36,125 bases of DNA from Phoronis australis (taxonomy: Eukaryota > Animalia > Phoronida): contig NMRA01000802.1 of assembly GCA_002633005.1 (NCBI GenBank), forward strand, positions 104,034-140,158. The letters run 5' to 3'. The translations under genes and the position numbers were made by a program. The notes under the pieces are model-generated. The model had not been told where the DNA came from, searched no databases, and saw only the letters and a program-made list of their open reading frames with translations. Within the stretch, counting starts at the first letter, position 1. Each line of letters starts with the position of its first letter. Positions 1-13,544 of the stretch are shown here, one piece after another.

Positions 1-901
1 TTTAACCTGTATCGAGTTGACAGCATAAATATTCAGCATTGATTGATGTAACTGCCACTGATAAACTTTTAGAAATCATTACAAACAATAATAATGCTTT
101 GATGTACGAAAAGATCCCGATTGCTACGTCCAGTATCGAATCACATATCAAAACATACGAAGATTAACGAGACTCTGGCTGGCGACTGACTGCCGCGAAG
201 TCGACATCGGCGAGTGCCTCAGTTAACAGGCATCGGTTGAATAAGCATGGAATAATCGTTAAAATTATCACAAACGTTACCTTTGTATGAGGTCGGGCTT
301 ACTTCCCCTCATAGAAGCACCCTTTTTACGCAATCTCGGATTCAGTTGGCACGGCTGCAAGCCATTTCACCATGTATTTAAAGGGCTCGCGAAATCGAGG
401 CTGTTAATCTATCACCACTAGTACACGTACGCCCTCTAGTTATTGTAGATTTTCCGAATAGCCCCATTGGGAAACATTGCAGATTTAAATACTTCTAAAT
501 GACAAATCAAACAATATCTGTTTAGCCTTATTGAGAGAAGTGATAACTCCGATTTTAATTTCCTTCCATCTACCTTGTAACTTCATCATACAGTCTTTTT
601 CAGTCCATTTTCACCTATACCTGGTTTCACATCTCTCATTCCTCCTGCATAATTATTCACATCTTATTATTCATCATATTTATTTTTTTAATGTTTTAAT
701 TTGTGTATGGACCACCTCGGACATGACTCTTTAACTTGGTGTTATCCAGATAGTGTACATAATTATTTTTTTAAATTTCATGTACCTTTTACCTATTACT
801 GCATTTGTTATTTCAATTATGTATTTCAATTATGATCAAAGTAATAGTAATCACGTCAGTCTTCAAAGACTTGATTTGAATGCTTATTTTTACATTTGCA
901 G

Positions 902-1030
902 GTAACGGCCACCTTGGTGTTGCCCAAAACAGTGACAAGGGCTTGTACCTAAGACTGTCATCTTCTTTGTCATTACCTGTCAACTACTACCCTGTAGTTA
1001 AGTTCACTGTAGACTCTCGATCTAAGGAAG
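902..1030 (+). CDS. KIAA2013: KIAA2013 exon (GNGHLGVAQ...SRSKE)
   Basis: Acceptor tttacatttgcag ends at 901, donor gtaagt at 1031; phase 1 to 1. Confidence 0.88.
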
Positions 1031-4000
1031 GTAAGTACAGTGGATGTAATCAATGTGACACTGGTGAGGCCATCAGTCGTCAGTAGTTTTTGAAATGTTA
1101 TCCATGTCATTTGGTTCTCAGAATTTGAGAGTTTCGGTATTTCTTCAGTTAGTTTACACTAGTTAACTGTCGATCATTGCAAACTACCTTGCTGCAATTT
1201 ATCGGAGTTTAAGAGGTAATGCCAGGGCTCTCGCTCACCTGATAGGAAAGGTGCTTGCCTCCCCTCACCGGTAATCATCATGTCAACTCATCTTATGTAA
1301 TGACACAGTTTTCAGTCAGGATCACATGAGATTAACTGAAAGTACTCTGTAGTTTGACACTCTCCGATGTCTTAAACAGGATGTCCCTAGTGAACAGCTC
1401 TCAATATACAAAACTTTGACAGCTTCTAAACAAAAACATATTTTGTCTATTTTTCAAACCAATTGGAGTCTGTAATCTAGATGGTACTTTTATTACTAGA
1501 AAGCAGACCTTGCATTCTCAAAGTGGTCGGACTTGAGTAGGCAACTGTTGCTAATACTAATGAAATGCGGTCTGTGTCACAGATCCTTGTGTTTTGTCAA
1601 TAAGTTTGTATAAGAACCATCAGCACCATCATAAGATCATGAACATTTGTTCTGAAGGTCCTTGTGTGTGTAACAGAGCAATTACTTTGTTAGCAATTGA
1701 CCTATCGCAAGCTCCGCCCCCTTGCGTAATGTCGACTAACAAACAATAAGTTTTACCCGGCAATGTGTTTTTTGTCAGGTAAAATGGCGGCTTGGAAATG
1801 AAGGTGTGTCAAGAATGCTGCGTTCTGATTGCTCAGTTAAACCATCACTCAAAATCCTGGCGATAGGTCAATTACTTCACGACAACTAAACACTGGCTGA
1901 AATAGCTCTTTACAAGATTACCATACAAGTCATGATGACAAACAAAAGACTATCGCAATATTTACCTGTGGTCTTGATTGGTGTGAGGATTTGGGAACTA
2001 TTATCATCTAGATGTGACTCAGCGAGAGATTTGTAAAAACTCGTGCCATCGCTCTCTTGATGCCAGATCCTCTGGCTAGCTATCAGCAGAGCAAGTTTTT
2101 ATTGTGAATTCCCCGACCCTTTCTGAGTTCGGGAGTCCATTGAGTGTGAGTTTATGAAGCCACAATTAACAATGGCCGAAATCTGTGTTGGAATTCATAT
2201 AGAAAGATTATTAAAACCTGTCATTTCTGTTAGTTGATCTCCTCTCTGTTCTTTTCCAGGTGCCACAGTCACGGACTTCATCACAGCTACTGTGCATGAC
2301 TTGAAGTGTTTCCAAGTGGTAATGATTAAACGGTGCTTGTTCATCTTGTTATCAATGGAGATTGTATTAAGAAGCTATCTCATATAATGATAATTTGAAT
2401 AAGGTGACATTGCCAACTTCTGAGATGGGTGGGAGATCAGTGAAATGTTTTACTTCAAGGGTGCTTTCGTTTTTTTACCAAAATAACTGTTTTTACAAAT
2501 TATTGGTAAAAAACATTTCTTCTGTCAGATTGCACATCATAATGAGCTTTGCACTTAATTTATGGTCTGTTGTGCTTGGGAAACAAATTAATGTTGATTT
2601 GATTTCACACACAATCTAAATTAACATTTCAGACAAAACATCCAAATTCTAATTTACATTTAGCTGCACACATTGTTACATAATTCAGCTAGAGTAACAT
2701 ACTTCATGGGCTCACTTTTTGTTTGCTTTTTATAGCTGAAAATGTAATTGGCTGTCCTCTAATTCTATTGTAATTGGACATTGTTGTATTGTGCCAGGAA
2801 TTGTACATTGACACTTGACTCACCTCAATTTTCAACTGCTGCCTGCTGGTTTATAAGCCTTGGTAATTGCCCACTGATTTGTACCAGTCAAGAATTAATA
2901 AGAAACAATATACAATCTAATGCTGGTCCCATTGTTGGCAAGTTAGCCGAACTGTCCATAGCGATGTTATTGCCAGCAACTGCATGGATTCTTTGAAGAT
3001 TTGTGGCATATTTCGAGGCAAGCCAAGCAAACTGGTCGAGTTGCCTTGGTGAGGGTGTCAATATAGGACTCTTTTCATGTTATTCACATTTGCCTCTATC
3101 CATCCATTTACAAACCTTGATGCCCTAAAGACATAACCTTGATTTTGCATCAGTCGTTAGCTCTTTATGTTCCAGCATTCCAACTGTATTGCTGTAACCA
3201 GTCAGCTGTACGCTCACAGAACTCGACCGTCTCTCCTCGTCCAGCAAGTCAAGGTTCATAACCCCACAGTAAGAATTTATATTGCAACCATTGTCTTCTA
3301 CATCATATTTCTCATGCTCTTGCTGCCATCAATGCTGTTTGTCCGTGGTAATTATTGTTTTTTGGACCAGTAGCAGGTGTTTCTCATTCTTATTCATACT
3401 GGTCTCTGTCGCTGTTGATTTGTGGAGACTTCAGAAACAACTATGAAAGTGTTAGGCATATCGCAATAGAATGCGTCAATGATAGATTACCTTCCACAAC
3501 TTATCACAGANTTTCTGTTAGTTGATCTCCTCTCTGTTCTTTATTTCCAGGTGCCACAGTCACGGACTTCATCACAGCTACTGTGCATGACTTGAAGTGT
3601 TTCCAAGTGGTAATGATTAAACGGTGCTTGTTCATCTTGTCATCAATGGAGATTGTATTAAGAAGCTATCTCATATAATGATAATTTGAATAAGGTGACA
3701 TTGCCAACTTCTGAGATGAGTGGGAGATCAGTGAAATGTTTTACTTCAAGGGTGCTTTCGTTTTTTTACCAGAATAACTGTTTTTTACAAATTATTGGTA
3801 AAAAATATTTCTTCTGTCAGATTGCACATCATATTGAGCTTTGCACTTATTTTATGGTCTGTTGTGCTTGGGAAACAAATTAATGTTGATTTGAATTCAC
3901 ACACAATCTAAATTAACATTTCAGACAAAACATCCAAATTCTAATTACATTTAGCTGCACACATTGTTACATAATTCAGCTAGAGTAACATACTTCATGG

Positions 4001-7000
4001 GCTCACTTTTTTGTTTGCTTTTTATAGCTGAAAATGTAATTGGCTGTCCTCTAATTCTATTGTAATTGCACATGGTTGTATTGTGCCAGGAATTGTACGA
4101 TGACACTTGACTCACCTCAATTTTCAACTGCTGCCTGCTGGTTTATAAGCCTTGGTAATTGCCCACTGATTTGTACCAGTCGAGAATTAATAAGAAACAA
4201 TATACAATCTAATGCTGGTCCCATTGTTGGCAAGTTAGCCGAACTGTCCATAGCGATGTTATTGCCAGCAACTGCATGGATTCTTTGAAGATTTGTGGCA
4301 TATTTCGAGGCAAGCCAAGCAAACTGGTCGAGTTGCCTTGGTGAGGGTGTCAATATAGGACTCTTTTCATGTTATTCACATTTGCCTCTATCCATCCATT
4401 TACAAACCTTGATGCCCTAAAGACATAACCTTGATTTTGCATCAGTCGTTAGCTCTTTATGTTCCAGCATTCCAACTGTATTGCTGTAACCAGTCAGCTG
4501 TACGCTCACAGAACTCGACCGTCTCTCCTCGTCCAGCAAGTCAAGGTTCATAACCCCACAGTAAGAATTTATATTGCAACCATTGTCTTCTACATCATAT
4601 TTCTCATGCTCTTGCTGCCATCAATGCTGTTTGTCCGTGGTAATTATTGTTTTTTGGACCAGTAGCAGGTGTTTCTCATTCTTATTCATACTGGTCTCTG
4701 TCGCTGTTGATTTGTGGAGACTTCAGAAACAACTATGAAAGTGTTAGGCATATCGCAATAGAATGCGTCAATGATAGATTACCTTCCACAACTTATCACA
4801 GATTGAAAAATATGCTGTCAAGCACTTTGTCAGACACATTTTGACATGGCTTTTCTATGTGTACGCGTCAGTCATTACGTCGGACTTCATTCCGTGAACT
4901 ACACTGCACGTCATACCAATCTAGGTGTTATTTTAACAATTTTTTGTCAAATCCAACTTTTGTCAGTTGTTTGTTATCATGCTGACTTGCGTTGGATTCA
5001 GTTTTCTCTCATTATCGGATTTTTTTGCAGAACACAGATGGCACTGTGGATGTCACACAAACTGGGTTATCAGATTGGACAGGTGCAAAGACGACGCTAC
5101 AAAGGTATTTTCAAAGAATTGTTAACTATATTACAGTTTCTGCAAAATGAAAAAAGTCCTAATTTTAAAGTGGTTAGGCCAGAATCGTGATGGTTTGCAT
5201 TAGGAAAAAGAATAGTGATTACTCGAATCTGTATCATCTGCTGTTATCAATACATACAGCTTATTTCTTGGATGACTGATCAGAAAGAAGGCATCGAATG
5301 GTCATAAAAATAGCAGACTGGTCTTCTGTTGTAAGCAGACCATCAACAGGCTGCTCTGCCATCTGTAGTGCAAATTTTAATGAAGATCTACCAACTCTTG
5401 CCAACTGATCAACTATTAGCAGACCAAGATTTATCACATTCAGATGTAATTGTTAGTCTACGACCCTTTCCACATGTTTTGATTTTGAAAATTCAACTTG
5501 TCTTTGAACACATTTTGAACAAATGTCTAGCATAAAACGAGGTCTATTTTTACATGTACACGCATGCTATGGCATAATCTGCATGTTGTCTAGTGATCGA
5601 CCTCGTTGTTTCATAATGAAACAATGTTTTATTCACCAACATTTTTGCATATGTGGTCGTCAAAGATGATGACCATGGATGCTTGTGCTGCTTAGTACAC
5701 CATCCTGGGGTCCAATACTTAATGAATCCTTATTGTTTAACTTACAGTTTAGTGTCCAAGAGTAGTGAGAAGGTGGAGGTGAGTGTAAGTGTAGGTGTTG
5801 TGGGGGAACCAGGCAAGGCTGACTCCAACACTGTGGTGGCTATAGCCAGTACCAAGTTACCCAAGACAATCACAGTTAAGGGTGGTCGGTGAGTGATGTT
5901 GTCTAATTTTCAAACTCTGACTCAATTCAGACTTGGGCTATTTAATTAACAAATGGCACAGCTTGATTCTATTACAAATTAGTAAATGCACTCGAAAGGC
6001 TATGTAATTGCGGTCAGTTTTCATGTCTAGTTTATAGTGTAGAAATTAGATGAGGCCTGTGTTGCATAAAACTTGTGAATTTATCCGCTGGTCAGATAAC
6101 ATTTAGATTGTTCAAAAGTGTTAGTTTTATGTGTATTGGTTTGATGTCGTTATCCAGCTGATGACGTGTTGAACCGAGTCCAGTAAGAAGCAAGTATCTA
6201 ATATTAAATATTCCACATCAAACGCAAAACCAAATTTACTGGTAATCGTTAACTGCATTCAATATACATCCACCAGTCTATTCTCCAATGTGACATTCAG
6301 ACATTGGCGATTTCAAAGATTATTGGATGATTTATAACAAAATTTCTAGAAGACCTGTATTTTGCTGTTTTGTAAACCTTATTAAAAATTGTCTATTATA
6401 AGACTGTAAAAGGTGTCCCAAAAATGTTAACAAAAACATAACGAGCACCAATATATGGTTTTACTGGCAACTAATGGACTGCTTTAATTTCTTATTCTAG
6501 GAATTCCAACATTTTGCTTTATAAGGCTTAGAAGTCAGAATTGCCACTACTAATTATTATTGTAGATAATAATTTTTTTTAAGTGTGGTGTCAGCACAAC
6601 CAGTTGTGCTGTTCAAAGGCAACTATTGGCAACAATTTTCAGAACTGTTTCTACGTTTTCTGCAGCAATAAGCATGCTCGATTTGAATGTTTGTTATAGT
6701 AAGTGAATGATAAGTGCCCATTCTGTGGAATGTAAAAATGATGTAAGAGTCTCAAATAAACAAATCTATTTGTTGTTTCTCTGCACTTAGCTAACTGTGT
6801 GGAATTTTGTGCTTTACAAAAAAGACAGTAGGGATTTCTGTAATTCAAAGAAAACATTATTCACTTTCCCAGTAAAACTAGTTATGTTGGGTATTCCTGT
6901 CTCAGTGTATTTTTCTTATCAGTTTTGCAGCACCCTGTACTGCAGATCCTAAAGGATAGTTCAGTGCAACTGATCTCTGAAATAATTTGTGACTTTGAAA

Positions 7001-10000
7001 TAAATTTGGTACCGTTGATACTACACATGAATGTGCATTGTGGTTGTATAAATTGCAACAGTACAGAATGAAACATTTTCTCACAAATCAGTAGCATTGT
7101 CCCAGAATACAGCGCCACTCTCTCTGTTTCTGCAGTATTTGACCACAATGCTGGCACTTGGCCCACTGTTGTACTGTGCTGCTGGTCTAGTCAGTATTTT
7201 ACATATAGATCAGTATGTCGTGTAGTTCTGTGGTCTGTTTCATGAAACCTGACATAGGACTTAACACAGAAATTTGGTGTCAGTTACACACTCTCACTTC
7301 ACCATTGTTGAATAAAGCCTTAGCCAAGTACTTATGAGAGCATCACATTCTAGAGACGATTTTTTAATAAATTTTTATTTAGATTTACTCATTAACTAGA
7401 AGTTTTGTGACTGTATGTTGTCAGAGACTTTGTGTTTTTGCTCAGTTGCGATTTACCTATTGTTCAGAAATAGTTTTGTAGTGCGCAAGACCAAAATTCT
7501 GACTTATTATAGGTGTTAAGTCGCATTTCATGAAACGGGGCCCCAGATGCCAATAAAGTTTTTTCTATTGCATATTGAGTTGCAGTGCAAACACTGAAAT
7601 GTTTTAAGCGTGAGTGATGCATGTTACATCATTCTTTACTTGTCTGACACAGCAAAGAAAAGCTGTGCTAGAAGTCCTGTATTTGGAAAATTAGCCCAGT
7701 GCTTTTTTATCTCCACAAAAGAGGAGAGTTGAATTCAGGTTATGATAATTCATATGATGACGGGTTTATCACTTGGCTCTTTGTTGTTAGATCAACAAAG
7801 GTCACTATAATCACTGGTGTAGAATATACGTCATCAGTAAAGCAGAAGTCCGTAGAAGAAGCAAAAATATCTCTTAAGGAAAAAGTTCTTAAGGTAAGTA
7901 AACTTTTTTAATTGTGCTCACCTACAGTGGCTGTCTTGAAGAATAATTTTTAGTTTGAGTGAACTTTAAAGTTAACACAAAAATCTAAGAACAAAACTCG
8001 ATGTGCTCACCTATTCATATGCAGTATAATTAACAGGTTAAACTGAGCTCTGTAAAGATCACACTCGTCTGGTTAGTAGTCATCTTTGATCTCCATTCCC
8101 TAGCAAAAGAAGCTGGTTATAGATAATAAACTTTATATTTGTGGCTTTTGGTGATTGTTACAAGATGATTCTGAGGTATTGGTTTGGAAATGAATTGTAA
8201 TGTGATATGATCTTTGTGGGCACAATATTCGTTCATGTTAATTTTTTGTGAATCACCAGAGTGGCGACCTTTGCTAGTTAGGCAGCGCTCAAATTCTGAA
8301 AAGAAAAGATCACGTAATTTCTCTGTTTTGAACATTTTGGTGTTACATGCTTCTTCAAATTAGTGAAAGCTAACAGTCGTTTCCAAGGTTCACTAACAAG
8401 TTATAGCCAGGAGTGTAGACCATGTCCCTTGCGAGAACAATGAGATCACATGAGACTAAGCAAAATCTTGTGACTGGAATATCATTGAGTAACTCAGCAA
8501 AGTGGCTACTACTGACTGATTGGACATAAAATTAGAATGTTGGAATATGGGATAGAATTTATGAATCATGCAATAAAATTCACTGTTTCCATTCCATATA
8601 AGGCGAATACATTGTGCTGCAAGTGTATACCCAATGTCTTGCATCTATGGTGCTCGGCCTGGAGTTCACACTCTTTCGTCATGGCATGTTTTGATGTTTG
8701 ATAATTATCTCTTTGCTTCCTCACACAGACTATGAAATCTGCTCTATTGGTTGATGAGCATAAACTTAAAGAGGAGCACACCCGTGTCTGGTCCGACCTA
8801 TGGAGGTCAGGGGTCAGCATAAGTCTGTCTAAGGCACCAGGTGCCATCAACGGGGTTCACATCAACAGCACTATCTACTATGTGCTGAGTAACACACGGT
8901 CACCCATACATGAGGTCGACGTCCAGCCTGCAACAAAGGCAAATTTAGCCCAGTTGCTGACCTATCCCGACCGGTGCTATGATGCACGGCATCACACATT
9001 GTGAGTAAGACTGGTCCCTTGCTCTAAGTGGTGTTAAGCATTATAACCTGTAATAATTGCCTCTCATCATTTGTCTGACACCTTGTTGGCAGCTTAGTTA
9101 TGATAAGGTACAACCTGTGTGCCAGGTACATGTACTCTGTGACTATTTAGGCTTATTCTGCATTTGCTTAGTCCACTGCCATGACTTAACTGTAGCCAAA
9201 TTTGGTTCATGCTCAGACAGTAAGTGTCATGCGTCTGATGATGCACTAAATTAGTGTCAATAATATTACTTTACAGGCAAGTGCCTGTCTTGTGGGATAG
9301 TGGTAAAACTGAAGGTAGTGTAGCTGATTTGGCGTCACGCTGGCTGGTTACCTTAGAGAAACAAGGCTGCAAAAGCTTAGTGGAAGCTGGTGAGTCTGGT
9401 TGTGACTGGCATGAATCCAGAGGAGGCTGGGAAATCCACCACCCTCTTCTTGGTCATTTTGCCTTTAGTTTCCTCCATGTTTGACCATTGTGTGGCCCCT
9501 CTGCTGTCATAACATGAACGCGCTGCTGTGTGTGATATTGAAGTGGTATGTATCCAGACATAGACATGCGGGTTTACAATGTCTTTTGTGTCACTTAAAA
9601 TCGTTATGAACCACGTGTTACGAAAACCAACTTTCATTTCGAGGATATTTGCTCTTCAAATGGATTGTCATCACTTTTTCACGCATTCACATTACATTGT
9701 TTGCAACAAGTTTGGAAAGTTTTAGACCTTGAAAACACTGAAGAGTATGCATCACCCCTTGGGGAATCCAGAATGGGGGGGCAGGGATGTATCTTTGGCT
9801 GCGCAAAACAGCAACAAAAGCCAAAGCCTTACACTATTGGATCGACCTTGGTATGGCAGCAAAAAGGCACCGCATTCACACAACAGTTTTTATTTTTTCA
9901 AAATTCTCATTCAGCGCAGAACTGCACCAAATTATATCAGCAGTGAGGGCAGATATGGGGTACAGTTCTGTTCAGTCAGGCTGGCTCTTGTAGTAATGTA

Positions 10001-13000
10001 TTTCATAGAGCTGGATCGATACACATTTTTAGGAATTCGATTCAGTTGTCAGGGGAAATTTAATTGTTTTCAATCTCAATCTTATTTGTCATTTTTTTCT
10101 CAAACGATCCTTGCCTTGGCCAAGGCAACTACGTCGAAGAGGTGCTGGACGTAGCCATTTTTTGTAAATATTTGACTATACAACACCAGTAAGGACAAAA
10201 TTTGTGTTCTGAAGAAGTTGAGATAAAAAAGTAAGATTCCAACTAAGGAAATACCCTGTCAGAGCTGTTTATTTGTTCAATATCTCAATAATACTCTTCA
10301 AAAGATAAAAATAAGATGTAGCTTTGTCAGATAACCAATGGCATAAATTGGAACTAAGAATTGAATCGAAATTAGCCGTGACACATTGATATCGAAATTG
10401 GTGTTCCTTACATCACGATTCAGTTAAAGTTCGATGAATCGTCAAACCCTTTTTCCTGTGCATTGGAAATAAATTTCTGATGACCCTGCTCCTCGTCTCG
10501 CATCGCGCGACATCATTGTCATGAATGATCAAGTCGGAATAAAGTTAACTTTGAGAGTGATGAATTTCAATCTGCGCTGCCTTGTGAACCTTTGGACCTA
10601 TGAACACCTTTGAACTCAAACGTTGGGACTGTGTACCTCGATTATTAAGCTATATGTTCTTTAATATATTTCATTGCACAGAACAACGTCCCAAGTTATA
10701 TACCGTTGATTGAGAGCATATCTTTACACAGGTGCCGATGGTGTCCTTCAGGGGATAGTACTTAGTGTGGGAGGGTTCCAGTTCAAAAACTACCATCTCG
10801 AGTTCAACACTCACCCTAAGGACTTACACAGAGACTTCACATTTCGCCGCATCAGTTACGGTAACAATACTCACGTGAATGTCTCTGTGGCGGTGAGGCA
10901 AGATAATAGAGCCGTGTTGTATGTAGCCTTGGACCGCAAGGACAAACCTTACTACGCGTGTGATGCAGGCTGCATTGATCCACCTGTGAAACTCAGGTAA
11001 ACGTTTCATGTGAAATCTATTAATTACTTGATACCCCGGGGCTAAGTAGTTAAAGGTGGTGCCTTCACAAAGTCATTTGTTTTGATCTAAAAGTCGATTT
11101 GATGTGTTGTTAACTCTAAATTATTGAAACTGAATAGTAATAGATGGTAACGTTTTTGGAAAAATTTCTGTGATTGTTTTACTACAGAACTACAATTTCC
11201 TTTATCGGTTTCCTTCAAAAATTTTGTACTTTCACAAAGCGTAACTCATTCAAGGTGTTAGGTTGTATTATTTTTTGAAAAATTTGGAATTTCTTAAAGA
11301 ATTCATTTTAATAATTTCCATATGAAAAGACTGTATGGGGTTTAAACTTTCAAAACAGGTTACCTTATTTCTCTGGAGGGAATTCATTTGGTGATTTAAA
11401 ATGTTTCAACAAAAAGGAAAGAGTATCAGAATTATTTCAACAAGAGTGTTATTAATAATATCAAGAAGTGGTTCAAATTTCTTCTCATTTTTTTAATCGC
11501 AGCGAAAAAAAAGTCTCTCTCCCTGTGAAACTCACCGAGCCATTAACGGCCATCCTCTACATAACATCCGATCAGGAGCACATGAGTCAGTTGAAGAATG
11601 TCTTGCACGTGCACAGACTAGAAGAGGGTGAGTATATAACATAAGTTGAGGGGGGCTGTTGAGGGCTTGATTCTACTCAAATTTCTTTGGAATAATTACT
11701 GAATGATTAAGGCAGTCAAGTGTTCTTACTATCTATAAGTTGTTACGTCCACAAGACAAATGAATACTTATTGTTTGGCAACAATGATGTCCCCATAGAC
11801 AGGAAGTTGGTAGTAATCATGAATAAGGCAGCCATGTTAAGCTGTGGTTTGACCTATTTATATCTCGACAGTCAGATACAGTATCATTCACATCCACCAG
11901 TTGTTAACTGGATAATATGAGATATTCTTAGTTTTCAAAATTATAGACTGTCATGGCAAACGTCTGCACACTCAGTCAGGCTTTAAGCACTTTAACTCAG
12001 TCTGAAGAATTTTGCAGTATGGACTAGACGTTTTGTCCCATTAAAAAGCACGATAAGTTGTGAAATTTGAATCGAAGATTAAATAGACATAGTTCTGTCT
12101 AGCGGTAATTTTTTGTGGTCAGATTTGACGGGTACTATTTAACAGAATTCCAGTTCACAGTTAAGAGCAACGACACTGAAGATTTAACAAAAATTAAATG
12201 ACATGATTAATCTGTACATGGCTGTCAGAGCTCTTGTTGAAGCTTTATGTTTCCACCAAGGTACTGTATCTTATACAATAGTAAGTAGGGCAATCACACT
12301 CCCAATCTTGTTCTAACACATTTCTGCAGCATGCTACTGACGAAAGCTAAAAGTCTCGCAATGACCAGATGCTTGCTGTTTATATTATTTAGAGACGTTT
12401 TGTTGAAAAACGATTCATTTACACTTAAAAGGTCTTTAAAGCAACCTTCAATCACAAAAACCAACTGTTGATTTAGATCACATGCCTATAGTAAATTGGT
12501 CTCAAATTCTCGCCTTCCGCACTGATCGCTCATCCATGCCATGAGGTGGGAAACAGCAGCTCACCTCCAGATACGGCATGCAGGTCAGCCGCCTCGCTTT
12601 CGCTCCGATGGAGATTCACGTTTTAGCATCTGTCGTCTGAATACTTTATATTTTTAACATTTTTAAGTGATGCCTTACAACTGTGCCAAGGGCTGTATTG
12701 CCGATTCAAAGAAGTGGCATGAGCTGAATGAATATTCATTGTTGCTCTATTTCACATTTCACCCCTTCCGACGGTTCTGAAGGACAAAAGACAGTGATAC
12801 CGTCATTTGCGCAACGCCACTGTTGTAACAATCAATATAATCTTACCTCACGGCTGAGAGGAACGGGAATGTGGAATACGGGAATTACTCCTTAGTCAAA
12901 TTAGAGATGAATTCAGGGTTTTGAACGAACGAACAAAGTCATATTCCTTGTGGTTGAGACCAAGCACTACCAGACTTGGCATGGTGTGCCATTCCATGCA

Positions 13001-13544
13001 CCAAGCATGGTCTCAAAGAACAACGAAGAGTCAGTGCTTTGCAATTATCCTGGAAATCACTTCTGGCCTATGTAAGAAACAAGTCGAGACCAATTTTTAG
13101 CAGTAAGTGGTCTAAATCAAAAGCTTTTTGACAGGAACACGGGTCAATAGTTCCTTATACTGCCTTGATTATCAACTGTTAGGCGTGAATGGAATGTTGT
13201 TTTTAGCACAACATGACATAAAAGATTAGCTGGCAAAATACTCTTAAATTACTTAATAGATAGGTTGATGAACTAGACCCTGACTCATGATGATGCAACA
13301 CCATACGCATCAAAGACTTGCCGAGATAGTGCTATGTTCACTGTCACGTCTTTCAGCTCCTGCCCATGAGGACCATGTCATGGCCCTCCATCGCCATGGC
13401 CACCGTTACGGGGGACTGCCCACCATCTTCTGGGTGTCTGTGGTACTGCTGGTCGTTGTCTTCCACTTGTTCCTCTTCAAAATGATTTACAATGAGTACT
13501 GCTCCGGTAATCAGTCCTCTAGAACTGGCAAATACAACTTATAG
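902..13544 (+). CDS. KIAA2013: KIAA2013-like (DUF2152) membrane protein, spliced, 5' end outside window; exons 902-1030, 2260-2318, 3176-3268, 5031-5104, 5748-5888, 7791-7893, 8729-9000, 9277-9389, 10732-10996, 11503-11627, 13357-13544
   Basis: The 11 AG/GT-bounded exons total 1562 nt (+1 nt from the upstream exon = 521 codons including stop), and every phase matches. Recognised KIAA2013 motifs: [56 protein letters not shown] and C-terminal [32 protein letters not shown]. Confidence 0.93.
1695..1873. mobile_element. MITE-like element (179 bp) in KIAA2013 intron
   Basis: Perfect 14-bp terminal inverted repeat AATTGACCTATCGC (1695-1708) / GCGATAGGTCAATT (1860-1873); no ORF. Confidence 0.7.
2260..2318 (+). 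CDS. KIAA2013: KIAA2013 exon ([20 protein letters not shown]), copy 1
   Basis: Acceptor cttttccag, donor gtaatg; phase 1 to 0. Confidence 0.8.
3176..3268 (+). CDS. KIAA2013: KIAA2013 exon (HSNCIAV...YAHRTRPS...HNPT), copy 1
   Basis: Acceptor ttatgttccag, donor gtaaga; phase 0 to 0; conserved YAHRTRP motif. Confidence 0.85.
3551..3609 (+). CDS. KIAA2013: Duplicate of KIAA2013 exon 2260-2318
   Basis: Identical exon sequence inside the duplicated block 3512-4802. Confidence 0.7.
4468..4560 (+). CDS. KIAA2013: Duplicate of KIAA2013 exon 3176-3268
   Basis: Identical translation inside the duplicated block; donor gtaaga at 4561. Confidence 0.75.
5031..5104 (+). CDS. KIAA2013: KIAA2013 exon ([24 protein letters not shown])
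   Basis: Acceptor ttttttgcag, donor gtattt; phase 0 to 2. This frame is not in the ORF track. Confidence 0.78.
5748..5888 (+). CDS. KIAA2013: KIAA2013 exon ([11 protein letters not shown]...TITVKGG)
   Basis: Acceptor aacttacag, donor gtgagt; phase 2 to 2. Confidence 0.8.
7231..7543. mobile_element. MITE-like element, possibly PIF/Harbinger type
   Basis: Imperfect TIRs TGGTCTGTTTCATGAAA / TTTCATGAAACGGGGCCC, flanked by ctg / cag. Confidence 0.6.
7791..7893 (+). CDS. KIAA2013: KIAA2013 exon ([12 protein letters not shown]...KEKVLK)
   Basis: Acceptor ctttgttgttag, donor gtaagt; phase 2 to 0. Confidence 0.82.
8729..9000 (+). CDS. KIAA2013: KIAA2013 exon (TMKSALL...[13 protein letters not shown]...[10 protein letters not shown]...HHT)
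   Basis: Acceptor cttcctcacacag, donor gtgagt at 9001; phase 0 to 2. Confidence 0.9.
9277..9389 (+). CDS. KIAA2013: KIAA2013 exon (QVPVLW...[16 protein letters not shown])
   Basis: Acceptor tactttacag, donor gtgagt; phase 2 to 1. Confidence 0.9.
10732..10996 (+). CDS. KIAA2013: KIAA2013 exon (GADGVLQG...[15 protein letters not shown])
   Basis: Acceptor tctttacacag, donor gtaaac; phase 1 to 2. Confidence 0.92.
11503..11627 (+). CDS. KIAA2013: KIAA2013 exon ([23 protein letters not shown]...HRLEE)
   Basis: Acceptor ttttaatcgcag, donor gtgagt; phase 2 to 1. Confidence 0.9.
12436..13158. mobile_element. Degenerate non-autonomous DNA transposon, possibly Kolobok-like
   Basis: Inverted similarity between 12468-12503 (TTGATTTAGATCAC...AAATTGGTCTC) and 13086-13120 (GAGACCAATTT...GTGGTCTAAATCAA). 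Left end is TTAA-AGCAACC; right end is decayed, so limits are approximate. Confidence 0.45.
13357..13544 (+). CDS. KIAA2013: KIAA2013 terminal coding exon with C-terminal TM helix
   Basis: Acceptor gtctttcag; APAHEDH...GLPTIFW...[14 protein letters not shown]; stop TAG ends at 13544. Confidence 0.93.

Larger units (their letters stand above)
2224..4802. repeat. Near-identical tandem duplication (2224-3510 and 3512-4802) joined by a single N at 3511
   Basis: Both copies start tttctgttagttgatctcc and end acttatcacaga. They differ only by scattered SNPs and small indels, mostly in the first half. Confidence 0.95.

Noticed and set aside
490-840. Possible 3' tail of a CR1/L2-type LINE (FNFLPS followed by a T-rich tail)
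   Set aside because: Only a few residues match; no TSD or longer reading frame found.
3176-4560. Mutually exclusive alternative exons in KIAA2013
   Set aside because: The copies encode identical peptides and meet at an N gap, which fits an assembly artefact better.
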